Source: Chrysemys picta bellii
Lineage: Eukaryota
Direction of reading: 5' to 3'
NCBI RefSeq assembly: GCF_011386835.1
Contig: NC_088797.1
Location: 30,256,001 to 30,320,000, forward strand
DNA: 64,000 nt
In this document: piece by piece, positions 59,590 to 64,000 of the stretch
Layout: the number at the start of each line of letters is the position of its first letter
Numbering within the stretch: position 1 is the first letter of the stretch
The notes under the pieces: generated by a model
What the model saw: only the letters and a program-made list of their open reading frames with translations
What the model was told of the DNA's origin: nothing
Database searches by the model: none
Program-made: the position numbers and the translations under genes

Positions 59590-61277
59590 CCATCACTGGC
59601 AAATTTTAAATCAAGATGAGATGTTTTTTCTCTAAGATCTTTTCTAGTCCCAATGGGAATTAATCATGGCCATCCTATGGCCTGTTATGTAGTAGGTCAG
59701 ACTAGATAATCATAGGGGTCCCTTATAATGTATGTGGAGATTTTCTTAGTATCAGCTGTTTATTTCCACTAGATGCACCAGTCCTGAAAGAGAGGTGGTT
59801 GCAAACCTCACAGGGGATGATCTCTTCTCTCAGGGATCTTAGACAGAAGACCAATGCCTGGGTCCCGGGGAAGTCTCCAGTTAGAGAGATAAAGGCAGGA
59901 AGCAAACTCTAGCTGCTTGCAACAGCGACGTCCCAAATGAATGACCATTACAAAACTAACAAGGAAGCAAATCTTCAGGACTGAGCACTGCTTGCAGTAA
60001 GACTGTTTAAACAGCATACCCTGCCATAGCAATGTTATCACAATATCGTTATCCTAGGGACCAAGCATGTTGGGCACTGCACAGACCCAAAACTGAGATC
60101 AGGGCCCTATCATCCTCAGAGATGCCTGCCATCTTAGCCCTGCCCAAGCCAGCTTTGCCAATGCCCCTCAGTCCTGACCTGCCCCCCTCCCAGACATATT
60201 TTTGCTGATTTTATGGGATAAGGGAGGCAGAGGAGATGAGTCAAGGAGCAACAAACTCAGTTCACAGGTGACTCCTAAAATCTGCGCAAATTCTAGCCTC
60301 TGCAGAGGGCTTTATAATGGAATACGGATGTGAGAAAAGGGAGGGCCAGGGTTCCCCACAGGCTTAGGGGCTGCTCACAGCCCTTCATCCCCACTCCCTA
60401 GGAGCCCCATTGCAATCCTTATGCCCCTAGCACAACTTGAAAGCCCTTGTCTCTTGTCTCTGACCTGGGGGAAGCCCTGCCTGGTACAGGGAGCTGGGGG
60501 AGTGGGGTTGCTATTCTCACCTATGGCCAACAGGTGGCAGAGTTATGGTGAGTCGGTGGGGGTGTGTGGAGGGGACTGAGGATTTAAAAAATGCCTTGGA
60601 AACATGGCAATGTGGGTGCTAGGAAATGGCCTTGCGCCTGTAGCTTCTGCTCCACCATCCTAGCCCTTCCCCCCAGCTGTTAGTGCCTCTCGGTCCTGAC
60701 CCAGTCTCCTTGCCCCAGCTCTGCTAGCGCCCCTCAGTCCTGACCCACAGTGTCCCCTCACCCCCTGACAACTAGACCTGCATTCCCCCTCCCTAGTATC
60801 CCAGCTCTCTAGCTCCCATGCAGCCCCCATGTATGTATGTGTGTGGAATTGACCCTGTTCATAATAGAGCCAGGGGAGGGAGTCTAGGATGCAGCTACCT
60901 CTGGGGTGGGGTTATTTATATAGGGACCGCGGTCCAAGGAGAACATCCCTTACCAAACACCTCCCCACCACCTGCAGCACAGCGACCCCCTCAACTCCCT
61001 AGAGCTGCCTTACAGCATTGGGGTTAGCACTGGCTGCCAGGGCGTGTCCCCTCCTGAGTTCCAAGCCCGCTCCCTGCAGCACAGCACCCCTCGTTCTGTT
61101 CTCAAGGAGGCAATGGGTCCGAGCAAAGGAGATAAGATCCATTTTAATGTTGTCTACAAAGTTCCAAATCTCAGTGCATTCTGGGATGGGGGGGGTCAGG
61201 TGCTTGGGAGAGGGATGGGGTCATGCATTAGGGTGGTCAGAGGTCAGGCATTGGTGTGAGAGAGTGAAGTGCCAAGG

Positions 61278-62244
61278 TCAGGAATTGGGGGTGATGGGGT
61301 GGGGTGCAGGGGAGTTTGGGGGCTCATGGGGTGTGGACCCATCTGATCCAGTGCTCCTAGCCCCCAGCTGCTGCCTCAGTTGCTCCATGCGCTGCTCCAT
61401 ATGGTGAGTGAACGGGTGCCTTGCCCCCAGATGCCGCCGGTAATCTGTGAGGAAAATCCGGTGACCAACACTGGCTCATAGTCCCCCCTGCCCTAAGGCC
61501 CCAGCCAAAGGGAAGGAGGGGGGCACTGTAGGTGCAAGGGCTCCACCTAGTGGGCACAAGTAGTTGCATCACAGGCTCACCCCCTCCCTGCCCTGTGAGG
61601 AGTTAGCCCCCTGCTTGGAAGCCACCTTCCCTCCCCCCTCCCCAGTGTTTATGGCAAGCTTTATGTCATCCTTGGGCCCGCTCTTTGCAGGGTTTCCCAT
61701 CTATTGGATGGCATTGCACAGCACGTGCTGATTGGCCAAGGGACGGGGTCAGGAGTCAGGGTCTTGGAATTGGGGGGAGGGTTGGACAGGCTTGGATTCT
61801 GGACAGTGTCACTCCACTGCACAGTGTTGTTGCATTACCACGTTGGGGGGGAGGGGTCATGTGGTGTAACATTGTTAGGTCGCATTATGTTGCACCGGGG
61901 GCTCACGCAGCGCAGTGTGGTTGTATTGTTTCACCCGGCGCAGTGTGGTTGCGTTGTGTCCCTTGGTGGGGGGTGGTTGCATGGTGTTGCTGGGGATGTG
62001 TCACCCGCACAGGGAGGTCACAGGGTGCTGTATTGGGTTGCAGTGGGTCATTCCCTTGGGCTGCCATGTTGCATGGTGTCACCCTGCTGCATTAGGTGCT
62101 GGCTGGGGTGGGATCCCATTCCCTGCTGAGCTGACACCCCCAACTTTACCTCCGCCCATCACCCCTGTCCCCCTCACCTTTCAGGGTCTCTGTTAAGATG
62201 GCCAGCACCTCCTCCTCCATCAGCCCCAGGAGGGGCAAGGGCAC
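61278..62244 (-). CDS. CATSPERZ: CatSper auxiliary subunit zeta-like (TEX40), last two coding exons; upstream exons unresolved
   Basis: Exon 62178-62244 (cacag|...g|gtgagg) VPLPLLGLMEEEVLAILTETLK; exon 61278-61444 (cacag|) DYRRHLGARHPFTHHMEQRMEQLRQQLG...NS*. Phases join (G|AT=Asp). Matches the recalled human C-terminus LPLPLMELMENEALEILTKALRSYQLGIGRDHFLTKELQRYIEGLKKRR. Same position and strand relative to ESRRA as in mammals. ATTAAA at 61143-61148 (minus). Confidence 0.8.
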
Positions 62245-62299
62245 CTGTGATGGGACGGGGTGGCTTTACCACTGGAGGCTTTCAGGTCTGGGAGGGAGG

Positions 62300-62704
62300 C
62301 AGGGCCGGCTCCAGGCACCAGGCACCCAAGCACATGCTTGGGGTGGCACCTGATAAGGGGCGGCGGGGGGAATGCGGCGCGGCATTCCGCAGGGGGGGGG
62401 CGCTCCGGAGGCGCGGCGCTGGGGGGGCGGGCTCCGGTTGCGCGGGGCTCGGCGAGGGGGTGGCGCGAGCGCGGCGCTGGAAGGGGGTTCCAGCGGCGCT
62501 CGGCGGGGGGTGGGGGCGGGCTCCGGCAGCGCTCGGCGGGGGGCGTCGCGGGGCTCGGCGCTCGGGGGGGTTCTGGCGGTGCTCGGCGGGGGGGCGGCGT
62601 GGCGCTCGGCTGGGGGCGGGGGCGGTGCGGCACTCGACGGGGGGGCTGGGGGGGCGGCGCTTTTTTTGCTGCTTGGGGCAGCAAAAAAGCTAGAGCCGGC
62701 CCTG
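62300..62704. mobile_element. hAT MITE (CAGGGCCGGCTC family), GC-rich internally repetitive copy
   Basis: TIR CAGGGCCGGCTC / GAGCCGGCCCTG; perfect TSD GAGGGAGG (62292-62299, 62705-62712); lies 55 nt upstream of the CATSPERZ-like exon acceptor. Confidence 0.92.
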
Positions 62705-63429
62705 GAGGGAGGTATCCCCTCCTCCCTGGCCGTGGAGTGGGGGAGCTTAGTGTCCAGGAGGTGATTCCCTGCAGCCCTGACCCTCCCTGGGGGGATTTCT
62801 GAGCACTCATCCACATGATGAGAGCCTCAGTTCTCAGTGGTGCCCTGAGACTGGGGGAGGGCACTGTGAGGAGGTCCTTTCCCCATTGACATAGGACCCA
62901 CGTGGGGCATTAGCCTTGTGTGTGTTCCCTGTGGGTGGGTGGAGGGAGCTCAGGGGATCATGAGAGATGCCTAGACTGGGGTTCCCCATGAGGGCCCCAA
63001 ACTGGAGCATCAGAGGTGATGGGGGACTGACTCAGGGGGAGGGAGCCCCATAAGAGGGCAGCAGGAGGGGCTGGGGTGATCAAGGCCGGAAGACAGGCCA
63101 CCATGGGGGGTTAGGGAGATTGTGCGGGACACTCTAGGGGCTCAGGGTAGAGGTATTGAGAGGTAGTCAGAGGAGGCTGGGGGCAGGTGCACTAGTGGGT
63201 CAGGGCTCAGGTCAGATGGACGGGGGCTGGCAGGAAGTTCAGGTCTGGGTAGGGCGGGAGCATACCATCGGAAGGGGGAGAAAGGCCCCATAAACCATGG
63301 GGGGGGGGCAGACTCACAGCTGCTTTGCAGTCCCGCTCGTGTTTCCTCAGCCGGTGCCTGTAAGATTGATTCTGGACCAGTGATGATGCGCAGAGAGCGT
63401 GAGATGGGAACAAACAGTGTCATGCACAC

Positions 63430-63760
63430 CCTGACTGCCTGGAACCTCCCAATGCCCCCTGCCACCCACCCCCACCTTGAACCCCACTGTGATTGCCTGG
63501 GACCACCCTATGCCCCCTGCTCCCCACATCCACCCAGCACCCCCACCCTGACTGTCTGGGACCATCCTACACCCCCTGCCGCCCACCCCCACCCTGCACT
63601 CCATCCTGACTGCCTGGGACCATCCAATGCCCCCCATCCCGCACCCAGCACCCCATCCTGACTGCCTGGGACCAACCAATGCCCCCTGCTCCCCACCCCC
63701 ACCCTGCATCCACCCTGACTCCCTGAGACCACTCAATGCCCTGCCCCCACCCCTGCTCCC
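63430..63760. repeat. About 45-bp minisatellite
   Basis: CCCTGACTGCCTGGGACCA.CCAATGCCCCC repeated about 6 times. Confidence 0.8.
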
Positions 63761-64000
63761 TAGCTATCCCCACCCTAGCTATCCTGGGCTTCCTCCCCAG
63801 CAGAGAAAGCTGAGAGGTGAAGGGCAAGAGGCCTGGGGGAGGGCCAGGCCAGGCTGTTTCCAGGCTCTCTGCGTTAAGCTTAGCTTCCCCATCCTACCAG
63901 GGGCTCTGTAATGCTGGATTCCAGTGGACTCACTGGCTTGCTTGGAGCAGATCCCCCCAGCCATGTCACTCCCAAGGAGCAAAGGCTCTGCCAGGAGTCT

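Larger units (their letters stand above)
58540..59730 (+). mobile_element. CR1 LINE 3' fragment split by a solo LTR
   Basis: gagaaggttaagaggtgacttgatc...gaagttgaagctagacaaattcagac...gattctcca| and |tcactggcaaattttaaatcaagatg...ggtcagactagataatcatagggg. Confidence 0.8.

Noticed and set aside
61690-62100. TG-rich stretch with overlapping 93-141 aa ORFs on +
   Set aside because: Low-complexity intron sequence between the two CATSPERZ-like exons; no coding signature.
63318-63357. Candidate 40-nt upstream CATSPERZ exon (ttacag|...HRLRKHERDCKAA|gtgagt)
   Set aside because: Splice sites and phase fit, but the peptide does not resemble the recalled mammalian HRAYWAEQQSR segment; left unassigned.

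Overview
Vertebrate genomic DNA, GC-rich, most likely a turtle (Testudines; inferred from the CR1, hAT-MITE and LTR families, which I recognise from memory). The window is the reptilian counterpart of the human 11q13.1 block in reversed orientation: RPS6KA4/MSK2 (-, exons 1-14, 3' end off the left edge), CCDC88B (-, complete, 27 exons, 1453 aa), PRDX5 (-, 6 exons, 214 aa), TRMT112 (+, 4 coding exons, 125 aa, head-to-head with PRDX5), ESRRA (-, 411 aa) and two 3' coding exons of a CATSPERZ/TEX40-like gene (-). I built all exon chains by hand from GT/AG boundaries with consistent phases. Introns hold CR1 LINE fragments, hAT MITEs with 8-bp TSDs, a decayed hAT transposon, solo LTRs and many minisatellites. 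Most notable: (1) an apparent non-mammalian CatSper-zeta orthologue; (2) recurrent 'splice-junction echoes', i.e. tandem decayed copies of exon end plus splice site inside the adjacent intron at about 8 junctions of four genes, some keeping GT/AG and frame; (3) ERR-alpha with the ERR-beta/gamma-type Ala instead of the pocket-filling Phe; (4) clusters of CTCF-, ZNF143-, RFX-, octamer- and ERRE-like motifs. Comparisons with human proteins are from recollection, not from a search. No prokaryotic systems or RNA genes are supported.
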